64,000 nt of DNA, taken from contig CATNEN010000030.1 in NCBI GenBank assembly GCA_950097015.1, positions 558,001-622,000 of the forward strand, read 5' to 3'. Position numbers and translations under genes: made by a program. Positions 1 through 10,519 of the stretch are shown here, piece after piece (position 1 is the stretch's first letter; every line of letters starts with the position of its first letter). Under the pieces are notes generated by a model, which did not search any database, was not told where the DNA came from, and was given only the letters and a program-made list of their open reading frames with translations. The DNA is from Macrostomum hystrix (lineage: Eukaryota; Animalia; Platyhelminthes).

Positions 1-501
1 CCACCGCATCAGCCACCACCTCCACCGCCACCGACGCAACCACCGCAGCAGCCACCACCTCCACCGCCACCGACGCAACCACCGCAGCAGCCACCACCTC
101 CACCGACACCGACGCAACCACCGCAGCAGCCACCACCTCCACCGCCACCGACGCAACCACCGCAGCAGCCACCACCTCCACCGCCGCTGACGCAACCACC
201 GCAGCAGCCACCACCACTGCCGTCGACGCAGCCACCGCAGCAGCCACCTCCGCCCGTGCCACCGGCCCGGCCGCAAGTTCCGCACAGTCTGCCAGTTTTG
301 GCTGCACACACCCCGCTAGTAGATTTGTCGGCTAGTAGCAAAGAAGAATCAGAAGCTCCACTTCCTGCGCCGTTAGCTCCGACTCCGGCTCGACCGCCGC
401 CGCCGTCGCTGCCGCCGCAGCAGCAGCCTTTAACAATGAAGTCGCCACCTGTGTCTGGCTCGGCCGTCCTTGACGAGTTCGAAGAAGTTACCAATCTTTG
501 A
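1..501 (+). CDS. 3' part of a proline-rich protein (5' end outside window)
   Basis: Frame +1 is open from base 1 to TGA at 499-501. It has 39-bp repeats encoding PPQQPPPPPPPTQ, then unique Pro/Ala-rich sequence ending VLDEFEEVTNL*, a class I PDZ-binding-like C-terminus. GC content drops sharply after the stop. Confidence 0.6.
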   Translation, partial: PPHQPPPPPPPTQPPQQPPPPPPPTQPPQQPPPPPTPTQPPQQPPPPPPPTQPPQQPPPPPPLTQPPQQPPPLPSTQPPQQPPPPVPPARPQVPHSLPVLAAHTPLVDLSASSKEESEAPLPAPLAPTPARPPPPSLPPQQQPLTMKSPPVSGSAVLDEFEEVTNL

Positions 502-1283
502 TCTCTACTAAACTGCACCAGTTATGGCATATGATGCTAATTGTTTAATCCTAACAGTTTAATGGCTATTCTGTTTTCGCCTTTTCCCGCTCCGATCTGT
601 GATTGATTGACCAATTGCTAAATGCCAATAATACCTGTTACCTTATTCTTACCTGTTAATTTCGTTGTGTTTTATGGTTTGTTTGCCTTCTGCTGCCTAT
701 ATTGACACTACACCTTGACAGATATTTTTATTAAACATTTCCATTGTCTCCCATTTCTTTAAGCCTCATTCCCATAGCCTTCCTGAATATTCCAAAATGT
801 TTTACATTGTCTTAAGCGCTTGCTACTTTCAGTTATGGCCTTAATCGTTTTATATGATTATTGTTTATGATTGTTTTATATTGTCAGATTTAGATCCTCC
901 CATATGCTAGGATCTAAATGATTCCGCTTATTAAATGCATTGTCATACAATCATCAAAGCTCCGAAAGATTCGTGATTTCATTTTTTGTTGATTTTGTGT
1001 TTGCCTATTTATATCAATTGACTCGCATGGACTAAATACCTGCGCTACACTTGGCCATTCCGTATGTGCTTTTGTTTTCACTACTCTATGGTGTGTTGAT
1101 TGTCTATTTATTCTGTTTGCTGGAATCAAATGCTTTTGTTCTGCCCGATATTCTACACTATTTGTTGGCAGATTATTGTCACGCCACTTTGATATTAGGT
1201 TGGTTGTGTTTTGATTTTCATTTGAGAAATTAGCACTAATGTTTAAGCGCACTATTTGAATAAATTTCCTACCACTGAATTTC

Positions 1284-1756
1284 CTAATGTACGCACGCAG
1301 CGGGACCCCTACAGCCCCTAACCCTATATACGCACGCAGCGGGACCCCTACAGCCCCTAACCCTATGTACGCACGCAGCGGGACCCCTACAGCCCCTAAC
1401 CCTATGTACGCACGTAGCGGGACCCCTACAGCCCCTAACCCTATGTACGCACGCAGCGGGACCCCTAACCCTATGTACGCACACAGCGGGACCCCTACCG
1501 CCCCTAACCCTATGTACGCACACAGCGGGACCCCTACAGCCCCTAACCCTATGTACGCACGCAGCGGGACCCCTACAGCCCCTAACCCTATGTACGCACG
1601 CAGCGGGACCCCTAACCCTATGTACGCACACAGCGGGACCCCTACCGCCCCTAACCCTATGTACGCACACAGCGGGACCCCTACAGCCCTTAACCCTATG
1701 TACGCACGCAGCGGGACCCCTACAGCCCTTAACCCTATGTACGCACGCAGCGGGAC
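1284..1756. repeat. Minisatellite, 39-bp unit with 30-bp variants, containing CCCTAACCCTA
   Basis: About 13 tandem copies of cctaaccctatgtacgcacgcagcgggacccctacagcc. Confidence 0.95.
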
Positions 1757-2481
1757 AAAACTTCAACGCCATACACTGGGGTCCATGTGTACACTGTTAT
1801 AAAACCAACTAAGCGTGTTAGCTCTTCCGCTATTCTTTACTTGTCAAGTTGTTAAATTGAACGAATGCTTTCCTAATTCACAAAGCTGTCCACATTTCAG
1901 CACGGAAGAATCGTAGCTTATACTACTTGATTGCGTTTACTGCTGTGATTGCCAGTATCTATCTGTGTTTTTATTTTACTTACTAAAATAGTTTTTTAAG
2001 GGTAGCATGTGATGTTGCGTAATCATTTCTACACAGGATGTTATCAGTTTTTGCCCATTAAAATCTAAGTTCGCTAGTATCAATAATCCTCGAAGCACTT
2101 TGTTATTCCCGACTTTACCTACGAAGTTATTTTTCTATAACAATTTCACAGCCAAAATAGCAGGCGAAAAGACAAATATGATCACGGAATGTTCATATCC
2201 GTTCGCACTACTATTAGTATGTAAACCGAACTATTTGGCCTAGAAATATATATATAATAAATAGTCATTAAAGCAAGCCTTGTCACTAAGTTAAAACAGT
2301 TTCACATTAGTTAGAGTGGCAATGGGACGCTCAATGCGTCTGAGCCTTTTTTCTGTGCCATTTCTTGGTAACAAATGCTAAAACATAATCTTTGCATTTT
2401 TTGTTTGTTTTTTTTAAAACCCTATTGCTGTTTTTGCGCAAAATGCATTTCCTCTGTTCGAATTTCCACTCGTCTAACATT

Positions 2482-3290
2482 TTGAGCCACTTCCTCCCAA
2501 TATTCAGGCTGAGCTGCCACTTCCTCCCAATCTTCAGGCTGAGCTGCCACTTCCTCCCAATCTTCAGGCTTAGCTGCCACTTCCTCCCAATCTTCAGGCT
2601 GAGCTGCCACTTCCTCCCAATCTTCAGGCTGAGCTGCCACTTCCTCCCAATCTTCAGGCTTAGCTGCCACTTCCTCCCAATCTTCAGGCCCTCCTAATCT
2701 TCAAGCTTGGCTTCCACTTCCTCCCAATCTTCAGGCTTAGCTGCCACTTCCTCCCAATCTTCAGGCTGAGCTGCCACTTCCTCCCAATCTTCAGGCTGAG
2801 CTGCCACTTCCTCCCAATCTTCAGGCTTAGCTGCCACTTCCTCCCAATCTTCAGGCTGAGCTGCCACTTCCTCCCAATCTTCAGGCTGAGCTGCCACTTC
2901 CTCCCAATCTTCAGGCTTAGCTGCCACTTCCTCCCAATCTTCAGGCCCTCCTAATCTTCAAGCTTGGCTTCCACTTCCTCCCAATCTTCAGGCTTAGCTG
3001 CCACTTCCTCCCAATCTTCAGGCTTAGCTGCCACTTCCTCCCAAACCTTCAGGCTTAGCTGCCACTTCCTCCCAACCTTCAGGCTTAGCTGCCACTTCCT
3101 CCCAAACCTTCAGGCTTAGCTGCCACTTCCTCCCAACCTTCAGGCTTGGCTGCCATTTCCTCCCAACCTTCAGGCTTAGCTGCCACTTCCTCCCAAACCT
3201 TCAGGCTTAGCTGCCACTTCCTCCCAACCTTCAGGCTTAGCTGCCACTTCCTCCCAATCTTCAAGCTTGGCTGACACTTCCTCCAAATCT
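2482..3290. repeat. Minisatellite, 30-bp unit
   Basis: Tandem ccacttcctcccaatcttcaggctgagctg, roughly 26 copies with variants and 1-bp indels. Confidence 0.95.
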
Positions 3291-3961
3291 TCTGGCCCTC
3301 AAAATAGAATGCAATTCTTGGTTTAGGAAGGTAATTTGCAGTTATTACCTAAGTGAAATTCTGAACATTGCGTGCTATCAGCACTGCAGTATGTCAGCAC
3401 CAATACTTACTACTACAAGCTGCATTAGTTATTCCACGAGATGCCATAAATAGTGCATGAAATTCTGCAATGCACTCATTAATTAGTTATCCATCTGATC
3501 CAGCAGTCCTTCGATATCCTGCGATGTTTTATCGTCATAACAGCCGGACTAGGGCGCTCGGCAGGTTAGCTTGAGGATAATGTTAAGCTGTTTCGGATGC
3601 TGTGCGCTTCATCATTATAAAAACCCAACGCGGTCAATTGCGTGCCCGTGACAGATCCCGACTTCCAATGTGTCTCCCTTGGGGGTTGACTGTGACATTG
3701 TTCCTCTGTCTTTTTTTGGCCAAGGCGGGCAGGGATTAAATATTTATGGACTTTTAGATACCTGTCTGCTGCCCTTGAGGTTTGCGTCTCATTTTCCTTC
3801 GCCTCTCACTGATCTCTATCACGGTTGTTACAGCTGAGAGAGCTGAGGAGGCCTATAGCCTTGGCGTATGCGAACGGTTGTCACATTGTCTCTCCAAAGA
3901 TATTTTTCTCTGCGATAAGAAAGCCTTCCAAATTTTCGTACAACTGAGCAATTTTAGAAAG

Positions 3962-4975
3962 GCTGTCGCAGTGACTACCGCCGTCCGATTCCTCAGGTGT
4001 CGCAGTGGCTACCGCCCTCCGATTCCTCAGGTGTCGCAGTGGCTACCGCCGTCCGATTCCTCAGGTGTCGCAGTGACTACCGCCCTCCGATTCCTCAGGT
4101 GTCGCAGTGGCTACCGCCGTCCGATTCCTCAGGTGTCGCAGTGACTACCGCCCTCCGATTCCTCAGGTGTCGCAGTGACTACCGCCCTCCGATTCCTCAG
4201 GTGTCGCAGTGACTACCGCCCTCCGATTCCTCAGGTGTCGCAGTGACTACCACTCTCCGATTCCTCAGGTGTCGCAGTGACTACCGCGCCCTCCGATTCC
4301 TCAGGTGTCGCAGTGACTACCGCCGTCCGATTCCTCAGGTGTCGCAGTGGCTACCGCCCTCCGATTCCTCAGGTGTTGCAGTGACTACCGCCCTCCGATT
4401 CCTCAGGTGTCGCAGTGACTACCACTCTCCGATTCCTCAGGTGTCGCAGTGACTACCGCCCTCCGATTCCTCAGGTGTCGCACTGACTACCGCCCTCCGA
4501 TTCCTCAGGTGTCGCAGTGACTACCGCCCTCCGATTCCTCAGGTGTCGCAGTGACTACCACTCTCCGATTCCTCAGGTGTCGGAGTGACTACCGCGTCCG
4601 ATTCCTCAGGTGTCGGAGTGACTACCGCGTCCGATTCCTCAGGTGTCGCAGTGACTACCGCCCTCCGATTCCTCAGGTGTCGCAGTGACTACCGCCCTCC
4701 GATTCCTCAGGTGTCGCAGTGACTACCGCCCTCCGATTCCTCAGGTGTCGCAGTGACTACCACTCTCCGATTCCTCAGGTGTCGGAGTGACTACCGCGTC
4801 CGATTCCTCAGGTGTCGCAGTGACTACCGCCCTCCGATTCCTCAGGTGTCGGAGTGACTACCGCGTCCGATTCCTCAGGTGTCGGAGTGACTACCGCGTC
4901 CGATTCCTCAGGTGTCGCAGTGACTACCGCCCTCCGATTCCTCAGGTGTCGCAGTGACTACCACTCTCCGATTCT
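3962..4975. repeat. Minisatellite, 33/34-bp unit
   Basis: Tandem gtcgcagtgactaccgccctccgattcctcaggt, about 30 copies. Confidence 0.95.
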
Positions 4976-5294
4976 CCAGGTTTATCTGCCATCCCGTCAA
5001 TCTATCGTGGAACCGCGGCTCCGTGAATTCCCACGGGTTTCCGAAATGAAAATCATAATACGCAGATTAATCAGATTTTTTCTGCATGCCACGCGGGTCA
5101 ATCAGTAAATAATTTATTTGGACTGAGCTTTTCGGTGACAATTATTCCAATCGAAGATGCAGGCCCGTTAAAGAAGCCCGCGACTGCTTGCATATTTCCT
5201 GCGTCTCCGAAAGTCATAGTTAATTTCAATGTCATAATTAACTTTTTTTTAATCAATCTGAATGTCTCGATGATATCACGCGTGCTGATACGTT

Positions 5295-6553
5295 TCAGAC
5301 TTCGATTTGTTCAGTCGGTATCTCCCAGTACTTGACGGGCCACCATTTGCGGCTTCTGAAAAGTCGACGACATCAAGTTGTAATAAGATTTAAAACTAGC
5401 ACTAATAAACTTGGTTTGCCAAGTGATTTTACTGTTTTAAGAATCGAAACTGGCTTTGCTATGCGTGTCTGACTCATCGCTGATGTGGTCTGGAAACCGT
5501 ACGGTTTGACTCATCGCTGATGTGTTTTGGAAACCATACGGTTTGACTAATCGCTGATGTGTCCTAAAATCCGTACGGTTTGACTCATCGCTGATGTGTT
5601 TTGAAAACCATACGGTTTGACTAATCGCTGATGTGTCCTAAAATCCGTACGGTTTGACTCATCGCTGATGTGTCCTAAAATCCGTACGGTTTGACTCATC
5701 GCTGATGTGTTCTGGAAACCCTACAGTCTGACTCATCGCTGATGTGTTCTGGAAACCCTACAGTCTGATTCATCGCTGATGTGTTCTGGAAACCCTACAG
5801 TCTGATTCATCGCTGATGTGTTCTGGAAACCCTACAGTCTGACTCATCGCTGATGTGTTCTGGAAACCCTACAGTCTGACTCATCGCTGATGTGTTCTGG
5901 AAACCCTACAGTCTGATTCATCGCTGATGTGTTCTGGAAACCCTACAGTCTGATTCATCGCTGATGTGTTCTGGAGACCGTACAGTCTGACTCATCGCTG
6001 ATGTGTTCTGGAAACCGTACAGTCTGACTCATCGCTGATGTGTTCTGGAAACCGTACAGTCTGACTCATCGCTGATGTGTTCTGGAAACCGTACAGTCTG
6101 ACTCATCGCTGATGTGTCCTAAAATCAGTACGGTTCGACTCATCGCTGATGTGTTCTAGAAAACCGTACAGTTTGACTCATCGCTGATGTGTTCTAGAAA
6201 ACCGTACAGTTTGACTCATCGCTGATGTGTTTTGGAAACCGTATAGTTTGACTCATGCTGACTCACTCATGACTTAACCAAACCTACCTGTGAAACCGGC
6301 CGGCCAATGCCGCGGCCACAGCCTCCGCCAGCTCCGACGTCCGGCCGGCCTTGTCCGCGAATCGTCGGCTCCAATTGACACCGCTGCCGCCGTTGCTGCT
6401 CTCACGATGCGGCCAGGCTTCGGGCTCTGAGCTGCCAGCTGCTGGCCTCATCGAAGACCGTCGCGGTGGAACAGCGTCAACAACCAGCGGCAGCAGCAGC
6501 AGTGGTAGCAGCAGCCACATGTGGCTGGGACCACTGAGCGTTGAGAGCTTCAT
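5295..6553 (-). CDS. Small secreted protein / peptide prohormone-like precursor, 2 exons (97 aa from ATG 6520, 108 aa from ATG 6553)
   Basis: Exon 1 is 6553 or 6520 to 6288 and ends CAC AG|GTAGGT. Exon 2 is 5355-5295, starts after TTTTCAG| and is in phase, giving ...AGRFHR-SRKWWPVKYWEIPTEQIEV*. Signal peptide MWLLLPLLLLPLVVDA; RR/RK sites; AATAAA at 5113-5118 (minus); the intron is filled by a minisatellite like other introns here. Confidence 0.65.
5470..6260. repeat. Minisatellite, 37-bp unit, inside the intron of the peptide gene
   Basis: Tandem gactcatcgctgatgtgttctggaaaccctacagtct, about 21 copies. Confidence 0.95.
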
Positions 6554-7292
6554 CTTGCACAGGCCCTAGCTTCAAAAGATTTTTGGCGATATTCGATTGA
6601 TCTCTATAACGCTTTTGTTTAAGGCCTGTGTTTTAGAATTTTTAGAGTTGATTCCTAAATAAAGACATTAGCTTACCTGTCTTTTGTAGCGACCAAGCGT
6701 TCTTTCTAGATCAATTCTTATCTTTGGTGAATGGCAGGTAATCTGTTGCAATAGTTGACAGGAGGCTGCTGCTTATAACGAAAAGGGGTTTCAAATGATA
6801 CCCACTTCACTTTTCTCTCTGACCAATCAGCTCAATTGAGCTCAGGACTTGGGGCTCATAAGGATTCAGTTGGAGTCCGTGATCTGATATGAAATAATCC
6901 ATGATCCGCAGAAAAAATGTGCTGTTTTTAATCTTAGCTATCGTTAGTGATATCGATTGCGTTTCAAAATCGAACTGAAATCGAAGAATTTTGTTCGCTC
7001 GCCTGAATGGACGTCAAAAGTCTAAAATATGAATTCCGCCAAAAAATATTCAATCGTCATTGATTTGAGTCGTCACAAGCTACTGACAAAAGTAGTTACT
7101 AATGTGTGTTTTAATTTTCAAACTTCAGGAGTTTTTGGACTTCGTTAATGACAGATTAAGAGCGGTAACTGAATTAAAGCTACGTAACTTCGGTCGGGTA
7201 TTTCGAATAACCACATTTTCTTGTTCTGTATATCCCAAAATATTTAACCAATCGCTATAAAAATCCAGCTAAAATATAAAAAAACTAAAACT

Positions 7293-7930
7293 AAAGCTAA
7301 AATTTTGCCTTCTCTCCGTCGAACAAACTTTCAGAATCACAAGACAGCGGCATCGTCGAGATATTCAATGGTTCTCGTCGGGGTTTTAGGTGGCAAAAAC
7401 CACGAATATTGGCATAATTATTCTGCTCACAAATTTTCATCATGGAACCATGTTGGCCCCACAAACTATGTCAATCAGTCGCCGGGACCTTTGGTGACTG
7501 TCTGGAGCATCGGCGGCGACCGTCAGGACCTTCGACAAAAGCGCCCGATTGGCATGTCGAAGACGTTCCTAAGAAGAAATTGTAGAATGCTCTTCTGCAT
7601 GCAGAAATCAGTCAGTAGACATTGAAGTGCCTGAGAAAAGTTTTCTACGAATGATGGACTCAGATTATTGAACCAATATGGTCTATGCAGAGTAATGTTA
7701 GTTGTCCTTGTCACCAGTGTCTCCGACAAGAATCGCTGAATATCTTGACGATGCTGACATCGGACGGCTTTGAAAGTTAGTTCATCGAAAAGGGCGGAAA
7801 ATGTTGATCAATATGGTGGACTTTCACGAAAATCGGTCATTCGGTTTTGGGAGCTATCGTGAAACAGGCAGTGATACCCCGTGGTATTTTTCCCAGGGGG
7901 GAAATAGTGTGGCCTTTCTACTGTTAGAAG
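7293..7930. mobile_element. Dispersed non-autonomous element with internal inverted arms (MITE/foldback-like)
   Basis: The segment ~7345-7410 is inverted relative to ~7690-7760. A reverse-oriented, internally shortened copy lies at ~25530-25870 and a partial copy at ~59826-60000 (shared gacggctttgaaagttagttcatcg...tttctactgt). Confidence 0.65.
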
Positions 7931-8408
7931 TGCTACTAAACACTCGGGTTCGTTGGAGGCCAGCCTTAAAATGATTTTCCAAGGTTAGTCACGTGCTTTG
8001 AATTGGTTTGCCTCTAAGCCAACTAGCATTTCTAGAAATAGAAGCAACAGAACCCTCTTTCCTCTGGCCTCGAAAAGGCCAGAAAATTAGAAACTCCGTT
8101 CCTGTCGACTTGGTCAGCAGGGCTAACCATAGACTATCACATGAGAATTTGACTACTGCTTTGCAAAGCCCTTGCAGCCAAGAAGGAGTAACAAAACCAT
8201 CTCGCTTCCGCAGTGGACTGGAGGCCAGAGTAGTGTGAATGTACATGGCCTGGACAGAAATTTAAATCTGGCCATAGACTATAAAATTTTAGGAAACGAA
8301 TAGACAGGCATGGCTCTCTAAATGGGGTTAAGAGTTGAGTGCGGATGTACATGTATTACATGCATTAGCAGAGCAGAGTCAACTTAAATATCTATATCTA
8401 CAACTACT

Positions 8409-9926
8409 ATGGACGATATGTGCTCTTCACAACGGATTCTGACAGCGACACCGCCATCACAGACGATTCTGATCCAATGCAGTCTGCTGAAGATGGAGAC
8501 GATTTGCAGGAAAGTGGTGAAGATGTCGCTATCGATGAAGAAGGAGACGATTTGCAGGAAAGTGGTGAAGATGTCGCTATCGATGAAGAAGGAGACGACA
8601 GTTCTAAAGTCATGGAAGGATACTAACCGGGACGAGATCTCCAAGCTTCTGGGCATGCACCTCTTCATGGGAATCTCCCGGTAGCCGGAATTACACGATT
8701 ACTGGAGCACCAGTGACATTCACTGCACACCGTTTTTCCAGTCTCCATATGCCCTCACACGTGACAGATTCAAATAGCTGCTCTCGTTTCTTCGGTTTTA
8801 CAACGCACGCGAACCAGTCACGGATGATCCGCTGCACAAAATTCGGCCACTAATTCAACTGGCTCAGCGGCTCTGCAGCAACGTTTACCAGCCAGAGCAG
8901 CAACTTAGTGTTGATGAGTCTCTCATTCTGTATAAAAGAAGGCTTCAGTTCAGACAGTACATACCATCAAAGAGAGCACGAGTTGGTATAAAATTGTACT
9001 GCGCTTGTGAATCGACTTCTGGATATTTATACAGATTTCTGGTGCACTCGACTGCAGAAGAGAATTCCCGCTTTGGTGAAGACCTCGGCTGCGATCAACT
9101 GTCTCTAAGCGAGAGAATAGTAGTTGAACTGTGTAAGGATCTGCTTGATTTAGGCTACCACGTTTTCGTGGACAAGTGGTTTGCCTCTGCCAGACTTGCC
9201 AGTGTTCTGTACGTGTGCAGCACACTTTTCACAGGAACTGTTCGAGCCGACCGCGGAGTGCCTTTGTCGCTCCGTGGACGCCCGGTGCCAGTAAACGACG
9301 TTATCTTCATGAGAAAGCATCCTCTGCTAGCCATGAAGATCTCAGAGCGGAAGGAGAGCGGCTTGAAGACGATCTTTATGCTTGACACCCATGGCTCAGC
9401 TGACAAAGCCCAGGTACTGCGAATTCGCAAGAGTGGTAAAGTGGTACTGGTGCAGAAGAGCGCATCGAATTTGCTATTCAATCGCTGCATGGGAGGTGTT
9501 GACCGACTAGACGCCATGCTGAAGCCGTACGACAGCTGTCGAAAAACGTATAAATGGTTTCACAAGTTGGGATTGCACCTCTGCCTGCTTCTCGTACACA
9601 ATGCATGGGTTGTGCATTCATAGAACGGTGGTCGCTTACCATTTTTTAAGTTTCTGGAGCGATGCCTTGTTCATTTGGTGGAATCGACTGGCCCTGGCAG
9701 GCTGAGAGCAGCGCCCAGGATGCTGACAGGTGTCGCTGCCCAGCAGGAACGCCACTTTCCATCAAGGCTTCCACCAAACGACTCCACACCAAGACCGGCA
9801 AAGCGCTGCCGCGTGTGCTACAGCAGGGGCAATGCAAAGCGCACTGCTTTCTGCTGCACCGTGTGCCCAGGCGCCCCTTGACTTTGTCCCAGCTCCTGCT
9901 TCGAGGAGTGGCATGCGAATCACTAA
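8409..9926 (+). pseudogene. Decayed piggyBac (PGBD4-like) transposase
   Basis: Motifs SVDESLI, FRQYIPSKRAR.GIK, FVDKWF and MGGVDRLD, plus a C-terminal Cys-rich domain RCRVC...CCTVC...LCPSSCFEEWH. In-frame stops at 8682, 8775, 9621 and 9879. The acidic N-terminus is in another frame and carries a 48-bp tandem duplication (8495-8590). No TIR pair found. Confidence 0.92.
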
Positions 9927-10519
9927 GTAACTAAAGCTACCATCATAGGATGCATTTCGAATGTATCTGAGTTATTGTCTGTTGAAAGCTGTTCTATATT
10001 TTCTTTACGAGATAAAACTGTAGTTGGTTGGATCATAAAAGTTACTGCACGTCGCAGAAAGGGGACCATGCATGCAAAGTGCACATGCGTAGTGAATTGG
10101 TGACAGAATATCATGTTGTTAAATTTAAATTTTATATGTTTTGCTAGTACAATTTACGTAAACTGCAATCAGCTTTGTCTGGGTTTTGCTACCATGTTCC
10201 GTTAACCTTAACTTCAGTGTTGCTGACCATCATGATCGGCAGGAAAGGCTCTGCTTCTCTGAAAATTTTATCGCCCATAGACAGTACGAATTTTTCTCGG
10301 CAGATAGGGCTTTTAATCTATGGTCAGCTCAGCTGACCATCCGGCAGCTTGAAGATAAAACAATCTAAACGTCTTTTTCCCTCGAAATCGAGAGTTATGT
10401 CTGCTAATTCAGATAGAACTTAAGGCAAACAATGACAAAGCTATCGAGAAAGAGAAGTCAGCCATTGTAGTCATTGCAAAAGAAATATATTGAATCAGCA
10501 GCGTTGCTCTCGGCGCAGT

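Noticed and set aside
9-518. Gly/Cys-rich minus-strand ORF
   Set aside because: Antisense shadow of the proline-rich plus-strand CDS.
2422-3290. Acidic repeat protein (AAQPEDWEEV)n on the minus strand
   Set aside because: Pure 30-bp tandem array with in-frame TAGs in variant units and 1-bp indels; no start or splice context.
3420-3960. Long, mostly open minus-strand frame that looks like decayed coding sequence
   Set aside because: Three stops and no recognisable motif, so no family can be assigned by eye.
1284-6260. Regular repeats as possible CRISPR arrays
   Set aside because: Units are contiguous with no unique spacers, there are no cas genes, and the context is eukaryotic; the same holds for every array in the window.
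8324-8331. ggggttaa as a piggyBac terminus
   Set aside because: Wrong orientation for the 5' end of the adjacent plus-strand transposase, and no matching partner end was found.
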